Assembly (NCBI GenBank): GCA_018883975.1 | Contig: JAHLFD010000245.1 | Coordinates: forward strand, 1 to 51,692 | DNA: 51,692 bases | Source: Candidatus Niameybacter stercoravium | GTDB lineage: Bacteria > Bacillota > Clostridia > Lachnospirales > Cellulosilyticaceae | Direction: 5' to 3' | In this document: in pieces, positions 9,741 through 21,135 of the stretch | Numbering within the stretch: the first letter of the stretch is position 1 | Layout of the letters: every line of letters begins with the position of its first letter | Program-made: the position numbers and the translations under genes | The notes under the pieces: generated by a model | Told to the model about the DNA's origin: nothing | What the model saw: the letters and a program-made list of their open reading frames with translations, nothing else | Databases searched by the model: none

Positions 9741-10388
9741 ATGAACGAAAAAGTTTATACGATTAAAGAAGTGGCCACTATTTTAGATATTGAAGCTTAT
9801 GTTCTAAGATATTATGAGAAAGAACTAGATCTTCAAATACATAGAAATAGCCAAGGGCATCGTATCTATACGCAAAAAGACATTACAATACTACAGCAGA
9901 TTAAAGAATTGAGAGAGCAGGGATTGGAGCTTAAGGGAATACGTAACGTCATACATACATTAGATCAGGAAGGGCTAGAATCACTTACACAAGTAAGTGC
10001 TACAAATGCTAAGGTTATTCCATTAGTAGGAGAGGACATTGATATTGGAGATAAAGATGATCAGAAAGTAAAGCAGTTTACGATGATTATCAAAGAAATG
10101 CTTAAACAAACCTTAGTAGAGTATGGGGAAGAAAACAAGAGGCAGCTGCATGAGGAATTGACACAAGAAATGGATATTATGATGGATAAGAAGCTGTCAG
10201 AATTAGAGGTAAGCCAGCAGCAAAAGAATGAAGAGTATTATAAGAAGATGGATGAAACCATGCGAGAGATGCAGAAAATGCGAAAAGAGATTGCTTTATT
10301 AGAACAAAACACGCAGAAACCATCTTTATGGAAGAAATTATTTAAAGACAAAAATAAAACAGAAGAAATAGAAGAAAAGAGCATGTAG
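9741..10388 (+). CDS. MerR-type HTH plus coiled-coil protein (RacA-like architecture)
   Basis: YTIKEVA...LRYYEKE...R...GHRIY HTH; E/K/Q-rich coiled coil; SLWKKLFK near the C terminus; start moved to 9741. Confidence 0.75.
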   Translation: MNEKVYTIKEVATILDIEAYVLRYYEKELDLQIHRNSQGHRIYTQKDITILQQIKELREQGLELKGIRNVIHTLDQEGLESLTQVSATNAKVIPLVGEDIDIGDKDDQKVKQFTMIIKEMLKQTLVEYGEENKRQLHEELTQEMDIMMDKKLSELEVSQQQKNEEYYKKMDETMREMQKMRKEIALLEQNTQKPSLWKKLFKDKNKTEEIEEKSM

Positions 10389-10409
10389 GGGCAGCTACAT
10401 GCTCTTTTT
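10375..10409. terminator. Bidirectional terminator overlapping the stop codon
   Basis: AAAAGAGCATGTAG-GGGCAG-CTACATGCTCTTTT. Confidence 0.85.
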
Positions 10410-10430
10410 ATATTTTAAAGGAATTGTGAT

Positions 10431-11159
10431 TTATGCATAAATCGGTAAGTTATATTTCTTAAAAATCTCTTTAACTTCTTCAACTTCTGATTTAGAAGGT
10501 TGTTCAGTATCGAAGAGAGAATACTCATAACCGAGTTGTTCCCATTTGAACTCGCCCATTTTATGGAATGGAAGTAAATCTACTCTCTGTACGTTTGGAA
10601 GAGTAGTTAAAAACTGTGCTAAGTCTTCAATATCTTTTTTATCATCCGTTAAGCCTGGAACATAAACATAACGAATCCATACTGGGATATTACGTTCTTT
10701 TAGGTGCTGAGCAAATGCTAGCGTTGGATCTAAAGGAACACCAGTTAAATCTTTAAATACAGTAGGATTATAAGACTTAATGTCAAGTAAAACGAGGTCA
10801 GTATAATCAAGAACAGGATCAGCCTTTTCAATGTTAACAAAGCCTGAAGTATCAAGACAGGTATGAATGCCTTCCTCTTTGCATTTCATAAACATATCTC
10901 TGACAAAGTCAGGTTGAAGAAGAGGTTCTCCACCACTTATAGTGAGACCGCCACCTGAGCAAGTCATAAATGATTTATATTTTTTGATATCTTGAATAAG
11001 AGTGTTGGTATCTTCTTCTTTCCCATCATTCATTTTCCAAGTATCTGGATTGTGACAGTATTTACAACGAAGGGGGCAGCCTTGTGTAAATAAGATGTAA
11101 CGAATCCCAGGCCCGTCTACAGTACCGCAGGTTTCTACTGAGTGAATTCTACCTATCAT
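10431..11159 (-). CDS. pflA: Pyruvate formate-lyase activating enzyme
   Basis: GTVDGPGIR, radical SAM CPLRCKYCHNPDTW, SGGEPLLQ, LLPFH; downstream of pflB. Confidence 0.97.
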   Translation of the reverse strand: MIGRIHSVETCGTVDGPGIRYILFTQGCPLRCKYCHNPDTWKMNDGKEEDTNTLIQDIKKYKSFMTCSGGGLTISGGEPLLQPDFVRDMFMKCKEEGIHTCLDTSGFVNIEKADPVLDYTDLVLLDIKSYNPTVFKDLTGVPLDPTLAFAQHLKERNIPVWIRYVYVPGLTDDKKDIEDLAQFLTTLPNVQRVDLLPFHKMGEFKWEQLGYEYSLFDTEQPSKSEVEEVKEIFKKYNLPIYA

Positions 11160-11233
11160 GTCTTATACCTCCCGTAATGTAATAGTTAAGAGGATAAGTG
11201 TGTATCCTCTTAACCTAATAAAGATTTAATAAA

Positions 11234-13462
<2,229 letters not shown>

Positions 13463-13579
13463 CTTAAGGTCAACTCCTTTTATTTTTAAAATCATCTTAT
13501 TATCCAATTAATAATAAACTAAAATGCAAAGTTGATAACTCAGAGGATAATAATTATTAGTTAATTTCTGTACACTCCT

Positions 13580-13609
13580 ATTATATAATGTATACTGTAT
13601 ACACGTCAA
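13580..13609 (-). promoter_or_regulatory. SigA-type pflB promoter with a palindromic operator in the spacer
   Basis: Minus strand TTGACG-18 bp-TATAAT; the spacer contains TGTATAC-A-GTATACA (13589-13603). Confidence 0.7.
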
Positions 13610-13804
13610 TAGTAATACAAAAAAATATTATTATGAATTTTATAATAATTTTAAGTTTTTAATTGAGGTGCACACAATTAGGTTAATAGATAATGGCATT
13701 AATAAGGAAAGGATTAGATAATAGGTAAGTAAAACATTGTCATAAACAAGGGGAGAGATTATAATAGTACAAGTATATACTACATATTTTAAAAGGAGTC
13801 CGAA

Positions 13805-14614
13805 ATGATTAAGCATGTTATGAACATCTTTTATGGCATTATTTTAGGTGTATCTAACGTTATTCCGGGTGTGAGTGCAGGCACTATGGCGGTTGTACTT
13901 AACATCTATGATGAATTATTAGGTGCAGTAAGCCTTAAAAAAGAGCATTTAAAGAAGAACTTTATATTTCTTGCAACTCTAGGGCTAGGGGCAGTTGTAG
14001 GTATTCTTGTTTTTAGTAATGCCATTACTTTTTTATTTGAAAAATACAATATGCCGACTAACTTTCTATTTATGGGGATTATTATAGGAAGTATTCCTAT
14101 GGTAATCAATCATGCGAGAGCAGGAGAAAAAATATGTTCTAAAAACTGGATACCATTTATTATTACATTTGGAATAATGATGATAATGGTATTAACAAAA
14201 GATGCAGAGACTAATGAAGTTATTTTAAGAGAAATAAATCTAGGTATGTCTTTATGGTTAATATTTGCAGGTGCTATTAGTGCATTTTCAATGATTATTC
14301 CTGGGATTAGTGGTTCTTTTATCATGCTTACTTTAGGCGTGTATACATCAGTTATTACAGCTGTATCAGAATTTAACTTTGCAATTCTTATACCAGTAGC
14401 AATCGGCATACTTATTGGACTTGTTTTGGGCATTAAGATTGTAAAAGTGTTGTTATCAAAGTATCAACAAGCAACTTATATGGCTATACTAGGACTTATA
14501 ATAGGTTCTGTCTTAGTTATTTATCCAGGATTTACATTTAACCTTACTGGATTTTTTGCCTTAATATGTATGTGTATAGGTATTATGATTACTTATTCTT
14601 TTGCAGATAAATAA
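13805..14614 (+). CDS. DUF368 family membrane protein (undecaprenyl-phosphate translocase family)
   Basis: Twin re-entrant motifs IPGVSAGT and IPGISGS. Confidence 0.88.
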   Translation: MIKHVMNIFYGIILGVSNVIPGVSAGTMAVVLNIYDELLGAVSLKKEHLKKNFIFLATLGLGAVVGILVFSNAITFLFEKYNMPTNFLFMGIIIGSIPMVINHARAGEKICSKNWIPFIITFGIMMIMVLTKDAETNEVILREINLGMSLWLIFAGAISAFSMIIPGISGSFIMLTLGVYTSVITAVSEFNFAILIPVAIGILIGLVLGIKIVKVLLSKYQQATYMAILGLIIGSVLVIYPGFTFNLTGFFALICMCIGIMITYSFADK

Positions 14615-14699
14615 CAATAAATGATTTAAAAAGAATAAGGACATACTAAATTAAGTACAAAACGACAGTGAATGTACGTAATAGATGAAGGAGACAATT

Positions 14700-16328
14700 A
14701 TGGGAAAAGAGACTTATGTATTTGGACACAGAAATCCCGATACAGATTCTATATGTTCAGCAATAGCTTATGCACATCTTAAACGTGCGTTAGGTTTAGA
14801 AGAGGTAAAAGCGGTAAGACTTGGCAAAGTAAGCAAAGAAACAAACTTTGCATTAAATTATTTTAATGTAGAAGCACCGACTTTAATCGAGCATATTAAG
14901 CCACAAGTAAAAGATATGAAGTACTATGCTATCCCACCTGTCTACACAGTAGATTCTGTAAAAAAAGCATGGGATGTTATGACTGAGAATAGAAGACCTA
15001 TGATTCCAATACTTTATCCAGATCATAAATTAGCTGGTGTAGTATCTATGTCAGATATTGCAAAAACTCATATTGGTTTAACAGATGGGAATGTACTTCA
15101 AAAATACCGTACACCATTTGTAAATATTGCAGCAGTACTTGAAGGTAAAATCGTATGTGGTGATTATCCACAACCTTATGTAGAAGGTGAAGTCTTTACT
15201 ACAGCTTCTATTACAGAAGATGATAGACTTAAAGATGTAGACATTGTTATTACAGGAAGTAATAAACCTCTTGTAGATATGGCAATTAAATCAGGTGCAG
15301 GCTGTGTCATTATTACAGATCAAGATATGGATGAACTTGATTTTACACATAAAGTAGAAGGTAACTGTGCGATTATTTGTACACCTTACTCATTCTTTAA
15401 AACAATTAAAATGATTTCTCAGAGTATCTCTGTTAAACACTTAATTGGTAAACAAGATCTTATCTTTTTCCAAACAGAAGATACTATTGATGAAGTTAAA
15501 GAAATCATGCTTAATACAACACATAGACATTTCCCTATTGTGGATGAAGATGGCAAAGTAAAAGGGATTATTTCTAAACGTCATATTTTAGATATTCAAA
15601 AGAAACCTGTTATTTTAGTGGATCACAATGAGAGAGATCAAAGTGCTATGGGTATTGAACAGGCACAAATCTGTGAAATTATTGATCATCACCGTATTGC
15701 AAATATTGATACAGTAGGGCCAGTGTTCTTAAGAGCAGAGCCTGTAGGATGTACATCTACAATCGTGTCAAAAATGTATGAAGAAAACAATATTATGCCA
15801 CCTAGAGAGATTGCAGGTCTTATGCTTAGTGCAATTCTTTCTGATACACTTATCTTCAAATCACCGACTTGTACAGAAACTGATATTAAGATGGCAAAAC
15901 GTCTTGCAAAAATTGCAGAAGTTAACCTTGAAGAGTATGGTATGGATCTTATTGCAGCAGGAACTTCTCTTGAAGGTATGACACCAAGAGAATTACTTGA
16001 TATGGATCGTAAACCATTTGTAATGGGTCAATTTAGTACAGCCGTTGCTCAAATCAATACTGGAGATTTCAAAAGCATCTATAAGATGAGAGATGAAATT
16101 CTTGCAGAAATGGAAAACTTAAGAGAACAAGAAGGGTTAGGCCTTGTAGTTCTTATGGTAACAGATGTAGTTGTTGGTGGTACTGAATTATTTGCAGTAG
16201 GGCCAGAAAAATGGATTGTAGAGAGTGCCTTTGAACTTCCAAAAGAAGATGATAGCATTTTCTTAAAAGATGTTTTCTCAAGAAAGAAACAAATCATTCC
16301 ACAACTTACAGCAGCAGCACAAAATTAA
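14700..16328 (+). CDS. ppaC: Mn-dependent family II inorganic pyrophosphatase with CBS/DRTGG insert
   Basis: GHRNPDTDS, DHNE, DHH, SDTL.FKSPT, SRKKQ; roughly 230-aa CBS-DRTGG-CBS insert; start moved to 14700. Confidence 0.92.
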   Translation: MGKETYVFGHRNPDTDSICSAIAYAHLKRALGLEEVKAVRLGKVSKETNFALNYFNVEAPTLIEHIKPQVKDMKYYAIPPVYTVDSVKKAWDVMTENRRPMIPILYPDHKLAGVVSMSDIAKTHIGLTDGNVLQKYRTPFVNIAAVLEGKIVCGDYPQPYVEGEVFTTASITEDDRLKDVDIVITGSNKPLVDMAIKSGAGCVIITDQDMDELDFTHKVEGNCAIICTPYSFFKTIKMISQSISVKHLIGKQDLIFFQTEDTIDEVKEIMLNTTHRHFPIVDEDGKVKGIISKRHILDIQKKPVILVDHNERDQSAMGIEQAQICEIIDHHRIANIDTVGPVFLRAEPVGCTSTIVSKMYEENNIMPPREIAGLMLSAILSDTLIFKSPTCTETDIKMAKRLAKIAEVNLEEYGMDLIAAGTSLEGMTPRELLDMDRKPFVMGQFSTAVAQINTGDFKSIYKMRDEILAEMENLREQEGLGLVVLMVTDVVVGGTELFAVGPEKWIVESAFELPKEDDSIFLKDVFSRKKQIIPQLTAAAQN

Positions 16329-16408
16329 TTTCTTAAAAAGTTGATAAATAGAATTATTCTATTTATAATATAGAAGTGAAATACACATTGAAAAAGGAGG
16401 ATATACAA

Positions 16409-16624
16409 ATGGCTAAACAAGTGACAAAAGACATGGTAATTGGTCAAATTATCCAAGTAGATAGAGGTATTATTCCTATTCTTATGCAAGCAGGTATGCA
16501 TTGCCTTGGCTGTCCATCAGCTCAAATGGAATCTATTGAAGATGCATGTGCAGTACACGGTATGGACGTAGATGAATTAATCAAAAAAATCAATGATTAT
16601 CTTGCAACAACAGAAGAAGCATAA
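16409..16624 (+). CDS. DUF1858 domain small protein
   Basis: TKDM.I..I...[20 protein letters not shown]; start moved to 16409 after AAGGAGG. Confidence 0.85.
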   Translation: MAKQVTKDMVIGQIIQVDRGIIPILMQAGMHCLGCPSAQMESIEDACAVHGMDVDELIKKINDYLATTEEA

Positions 16625-16630
16625 AATATA

Positions 16631-16681
16631 AAAAAAGAGGGATGTCCTATAGTCTTAGACTATTAGGATGTCCCTCTTTTT
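16631..16681. terminator. Bidirectional terminator
   Basis: AAAAGAGGGATGTCCT...AGGATGTCCCTCTTTT between convergent genes. Confidence 0.8.
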
Positions 16682-17351
16682 ATAAATAATGAACGAGTAT
16701 ATCTAATGCATTAGAAGCGATAAGAACTTTTGCATGTTCTTTAAGGAATGTTTCATTTAAATCACTAGCAGTGCCTTCTTCGCCAAATTCACTTAACATA
16801 CTCTTTAAAATGTCTGTATTTGTTTTTTTATTCTTATTAGGTTCGAGAATCATAAAATATTGGTTATCATATTTATAAAGAGTCGTCTCGCCAAAATAGA
16901 GATGTTGTATATAACAAGAGGCATGTGTCACATCCTCTAAATTCTTGAAAGTATACATAAGCGTATGAGAAGCAGTAGTAGAAGCTTTAGGGGTCTCTTT
17001 AGCTAAGGCTTGCAGATCGCTTAATTTATTTTCTAGAGACTCTTTGAAGGTACGATGAGTTGGCCTTTCACCAATGGCTTCTAATCTTTCTTCTATTTGA
17101 TTAGGGTCATCAACTTTTGTTACAACAATCATGATGCTGTCTGTAGATAATGGAACAGCTTCAATCATAAGTGGTACATTTTCAGCCTCAAAGCCGAAGT
17201 CTTCATAGGCTTTAGCCATCATATCTCTAAAAAGTGCTTGAGCTTTAGTTGACCCATAAGCAAGCTCACCGATTTTAATATCTCTATTTTGTAAATCAGA
17301 ATGATTTAGAGTGACTCGGATTTGTGTATCGCTAATTTTCTCGATTTTCAT
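16680..17351 (-). CDS. mecA: ClpC adaptor MecA family protein
   Basis: MKIEKISDTQIRVTL..DL..R; PLMIEA; C-terminal SEFG...L.EH...LI..NAL. Confidence 0.85.
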   Translation of the reverse strand: MKIEKISDTQIRVTLNHSDLQNRDIKIGELAYGSTKAQALFRDMMAKAYEDFGFEAENVPLMIEAVPLSTDSIMIVVTKVDDPNQIEERLEAIGERPTHRTFKESLENKLSDLQALAKETPKASTTASHTLMYTFKNLEDVTHASCYIQHLYFGETTLYKYDNQYFMILEPNKNKKTNTDILKSMLSEFGEEGTASDLNETFLKEHAKVLIASNALDILVHYL

Positions 17352-17576
17352 ACAACTCACATCCTTTCATAAAGTCACGGTATTTTAAGATAAATAAATA
17401 TAAAGATATAAATTAGTATAAGGGAATGAACCATAAAAGTAAAGAGGATAAATCTATCAAATGCATAGTAAGAGTGAGTTAATTTATTATATGATAAGAA
17501 GGAGGTTTTTATTGCCTACTTGTAACAAAAAAAATCAAAAATATGATATACTGAATCAAATAAAGGAGGTTAGACC

Positions 17577-19253
17577 ATGTTAAAAAAGATATTCTTAACA
17601 CTACTTATAGGTGTTTTGCTTGTGGGCATAGCTATAGGTACAGTTCTTTTTATGCCAGGTAAAGATACCATTGACCCGCTTACATATTTCAGTGAGTTTA
17701 AAAAGGGCCAAATCAATGTAGTTTATGAAGATACAAGAGTAGATATGGAAAAGCCAATTATAGAAGAGGCAAATCAAATTTATGTTTCTTCAGAATTTGC
17801 AAAGCAGTATATAGATGATAAGATTTTCTATGATGCAGCAGAAGAAATTTTGACCATTACTAATTTAGAAGAGATAAAACGTATCTTGCCAGGGGAGAAT
17901 GTAATAGATGTAAATGGTGAGAAAATGGAGTTAGTTGATCCTGTTATTGTAAAAGATAATAAGGCTTATATTCCTGAAAGTTACCTAGAAGCAGAGTATC
18001 CTGTAGAAATTGAAAAGGGTAAAGATGGTCGTTTAGTTATTGTGTCTAATGCGAGAACACCTAAAAAGTTAGGAGTAGTAAGGAAGAAGGAAGCGAGTGT
18101 AAGAACACATCCAGATAATAAATCATTAATTACAGATACTACTCAAAAAGGAGAGAGTGTAGTTGTATACAAAGAAACTGGAGACCATTTAAGAGTAAGA
18201 GATGAAAATGGTATTATAGGCTATATGGATAGAAGTGATGTAAAGCTAGAGGGAGAGACTTCTATTAAGGAAGAGAAGGCATACACTTTAGCACCTATGG
18301 CAAAGCCTTTACAGGATAAGGTAAAACTTGTATGGGATCAGACGACAGTTAAGTCAACTGGGGATTGGTCTACACCTAAATATCGTAATATAAAAGGAGC
18401 TAATGTCATTGCACCTACTTGGTTTGAATTTGAAGATGAAAGTGGTAAATTAATAGATAGAGCATCTAAAGCTTATGTCAATGAAGCACATGCTAGAGGG
18501 ATGCAAGTATGGGCACTTATGAGTCACAACTTTACATCACCTGAGCTTACTAAAACAATTTTAACAAGTACAGCTAAAAGACAATATGTGATTGACCAGC
18601 TATTAGAAGCAGCAGATATATATGGATTTGATGGTATTAATATTGATATAGAAAATGTACAAGCTGACTTTGGAGAAGAATGGGTACAATTTATGAGAGA
18701 ACTATCTGTACAAGCTAAGAGACAAAATCTTAGTGTTACAGTAGACGTTTATATGCCATCTGCTTGGTCAGGACACTATTCAAGAGAACGAGTGGCAGAA
18801 GTTGTAGACTACTTCATTGTAATGGCCTATGACCAACATTGGGGTGGCTCTGAAATAGCAGGACCCGTGGCAGGGCTTACTTGGGTAGAAGAAGGAATTC
18901 AGATTAATCTTGAAGAAGTACCTAAAGAAAAGCTTGTGCTAGGTATGCCAACTTATACACGTATATGGAAAGAAACAAAGGACGGTATGAGTTCATCTGC
19001 TTATGGTATGGCAGCAGCTAAAAGTATAGTAAGTAAGTGGAATAGTGAAGCACTATATGATGACCAACATGGTCAAAACTACATGCAGATGATAGACGGT
19101 GGTACTTTATATCAAGTATGGATAGAAGATGCCACAACAATTGAAAAACGTGTGGGGCTTGTTAATAAATATGATTTAGCAGGTTATGCACTTTGGAAAT
19201 TAGGTCTTGAAACACCAGATGTATGGGATAGTTTAAAACAGATGCAAGAATAA
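17577..19253 (+). CDS. Membrane-anchored GH18 glycoside hydrolase with stalk and SH3b domains (YaaH/SleL-like)
   Basis: N-terminal TM, SH3-like segment, PTWF, FDGINIDIE, VMAYDQHW, KLVLGMP, W.LG.E. Confidence 0.85.
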   Translation: MLKKIFLTLLIGVLLVGIAIGTVLFMPGKDTIDPLTYFSEFKKGQINVVYEDTRVDMEKPIIEEANQIYVSSEFAKQYIDDKIFYDAAEEILTITNLEEIKRILPGENVIDVNGEKMELVDPVIVKDNKAYIPESYLEAEYPVEIEKGKDGRLVIVSNARTPKKLGVVRKKEASVRTHPDNKSLITDTTQKGESVVVYKETGDHLRVRDENGIIGYMDRSDVKLEGETSIKEEKAYTLAPMAKPLQDKVKLVWDQTTVKSTGDWSTPKYRNIKGANVIAPTWFEFEDESGKLIDRASKAYVNEAHARGMQVWALMSHNFTSPELTKTILTSTAKRQYVIDQLLEAADIYGFDGINIDIENVQADFGEEWVQFMRELSVQAKRQNLSVTVDVYMPSAWSGHYSRERVAEVVDYFIVMAYDQHWGGSEIAGPVAGLTWVEEGIQINLEEVPKEKLVLGMPTYTRIWKETKDGMSSSAYGMAAAKSIVSKWNSEALYDDQHGQNYMQMIDGGTLYQVWIEDATTIEKRVGLVNKYDLAGYALWKLGLETPDVWDSLKQMQE

Positions 19254-19282
19254 AAGTGTCGTATTAATGGAGGGGAACTTAA

Positions 19283-20275
19283 ATGATTAATGCTAATCGA
19301 TATGATAAAATGGTTTATCGTAGATGCGGACATAGTGGGATTTTACTTCCTGCACTATCACTTGGATTATGGCATAACTTTGGAAAAGTAGATAACTATG
19401 AAAATAGTAAAGAAATGATTCTAGCAGCTTTTAATTTAGGAATAACACACTTTGATTTAGCCAATAATTATGGACCTCCTTACGGTTCCGCAGAAGAGAC
19501 TTTTGGAAGAGTATTAAAAGAAGATTTAAAAGGTTATAGAGATGAACTTCTTATTTCTACTAAAGCGGGTTGGGACATGTGGCCGGGACCTTATGGGAAT
19601 TTTGGCTCACGTAAGTACCTTCTAGCAAGCTTAGATCAAAGCTTAAAACGTATGGGATTAGATTATGTAGATATTTTCTATTCACATAGAAGAGATCCAG
19701 ATACACCACTAGAAGAGACCATGGGGGCATTAGCATCTGCAGTTCATCAGGGTAAGGCACTCTATGTAGGGATTTCTAGCTATAATCCATTAGATACTAA
19801 AAAAGCCGCTACAATACTTAAGAATATGGGAGTGCCTTGTCTCATTCATCAGCCTTCTTACTCTATAATGAATAGGTGGATTGAAGATGGGCTTACGGAT
19901 GTATTAAGACAAGAAGGAATAGGTTCCATTGCTTTTTGTCCACTAGATCAAGGTCTACTGACAAATAAGTACCTTGATGGCACTATTCCAGAAGGTTCAA
20001 GAGCAAGCAAACAGCACAGTTACTTAAGTGCAGAAAGTATTACACCAGAGCTTCTAGATAAGATAAGAAAATTAAATGAAGTGGCTAAAAGAAGAGGACA
20101 AACTCTTGCACAAATGGCATTAGCATGGACACTTCGTGAGGGCGGAGTAACCTCAGCATTAATAGGGGCGAGTCACAAAGCGCAAATAGAGGAGAATGTA
20201 AAAGCTTTAGATAACCTAGAATTTTCTAGAGAAGAGCTTGTAATGATCGATCATATTGTAAAAGGATTATCATAA
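19283..20275 (+). CDS. Aldo/keto reductase, L-glyceraldehyde-3-phosphate reductase (YghZ/Gpr) type
   Basis: SLGLWHNFG, THFDLANNYGPP, STKAG.DMWPGPYG, DYVDIFYSHR. Confidence 0.9.
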   Translation: MINANRYDKMVYRRCGHSGILLPALSLGLWHNFGKVDNYENSKEMILAAFNLGITHFDLANNYGPPYGSAEETFGRVLKEDLKGYRDELLISTKAGWDMWPGPYGNFGSRKYLLASLDQSLKRMGLDYVDIFYSHRRDPDTPLEETMGALASAVHQGKALYVGISSYNPLDTKKAATILKNMGVPCLIHQPSYSIMNRWIEDGLTDVLRQEGIGSIAFCPLDQGLLTNKYLDGTIPEGSRASKQHSYLSAESITPELLDKIRKLNEVAKRRGQTLAQMALAWTLREGGVTSALIGASHKAQIEENVKALDNLEFSREELVMIDHIVKGLS

Positions 20276-20302
20276 AAAGAGGAGGCTAGGCCTCCTCTTT
20301 TT
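20274..20302 (+). terminator. Intrinsic terminator
   Basis: AAAAAGAGGAGGC-TAG-GCCTCCTCTTTTT. Confidence 0.9.
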
Positions 20303-20375
20303 ATGGTATTTTTTTTCTTCTTGTCTAATACAATTAAAAGAGAAATAAATAGTACAAGTATAGGGAAGAAGGAGA

Positions 20376-21092
20376 ATGAATATGGAGCGTTTAATTAAAA
20401 GGAACCAATTAAACATGCTTGTCCTAGGATTAGTATGTATGATTTCATTTTGTGCATACTTAAAGCTTGCAAATGGTGCATTAGAAACATTTGGACTTTC
20501 AACAGCTTCTAAGGTTATTGTCATAGATGCAGGACATGGTGGATTTGATCCAGGTAAGGCAGGTCCGAATGGAACTAAAGAGGATGAAATTAATCTACAA
20601 ATTGCATTTAAGCTTAAAGATTATTTAGAGCAGTCTGGCGCAACAGTCATCATGACTAGAACTGATGATGAGAAACTTCAAGGAGAAAACGGGAATACAC
20701 ATAAAAGAAGAGATATGAATTATAGAAAACAGGTCATTCAGTCAAGTGATGCAGATATTTTAGTGAGTATACATCAAAATGCTTTTCCACAGCCTAAAGT
20801 AAAGGGAGCGCAGGTCTTTTATTATCAAGATTCTGAGCAGGCAAAATTGCTAGCAGGATGTATACAAAATAGTATTAAAGCTTATGCTGACTCTGAAAAT
20901 ACGAGGAAGATAAAAAGTAGCAAAGACTATTACATATTAAAAATCAGCCAAATGCCAGGTGTCATTGTAGAGTGTGGTTTTTTAACTAATCCAGAAGAGG
21001 AAGCAAAACTGGCTAGTGATAAATATCAAGATCAAATAGCATGGGCCATTTATGTAGGAATTATAGATTACTTTGGGCAATTAGAGAAATGA
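20376..21092 (+). CDS. cwlD: Spore cortex N-acetylmuramoyl-L-alanine amidase CwlD
   Basis: N-terminal TM; VIDAGHGGFDPG, E..INL.IA, VSIHQNAF, GAQVFY, VECGFLTN (Amidase_3, CwlD-like). Confidence 0.8.
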   Translation: MNMERLIKRNQLNMLVLGLVCMISFCAYLKLANGALETFGLSTASKVIVIDAGHGGFDPGKAGPNGTKEDEINLQIAFKLKDYLEQSGATVIMTRTDDEKLQGENGNTHKRRDMNYRKQVIQSSDADILVSIHQNAFPQPKVKGAQVFYYQDSEQAKLLAGCIQNSIKAYADSENTRKIKSSKDYYILKISQMPGVIVECGFLTNPEEEAKLASDKYQDQIAWAIYVGIIDYFGQLEK

Positions 21093-21134
21093 AAAGGAGG
21101 TAATGTTTCAACTTAAGAAGCATTACCTCCTTTT
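21092..21134. terminator. Bidirectional terminator
   Basis: AAAAGGAGGTAATG...CATTACCTCCTTTT. Confidence 0.85.
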
Positions 21135-21135
21135 A

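Noticed and set aside
13463-13620. ZMP/ZTP (pfl) riboswitch or Rex box upstream of pflB
   Set aside because: No GC-rich riboswitch consensus; best Rex-like 18-mer (TAGTTAATTTCTGTACAC) has four mismatches.
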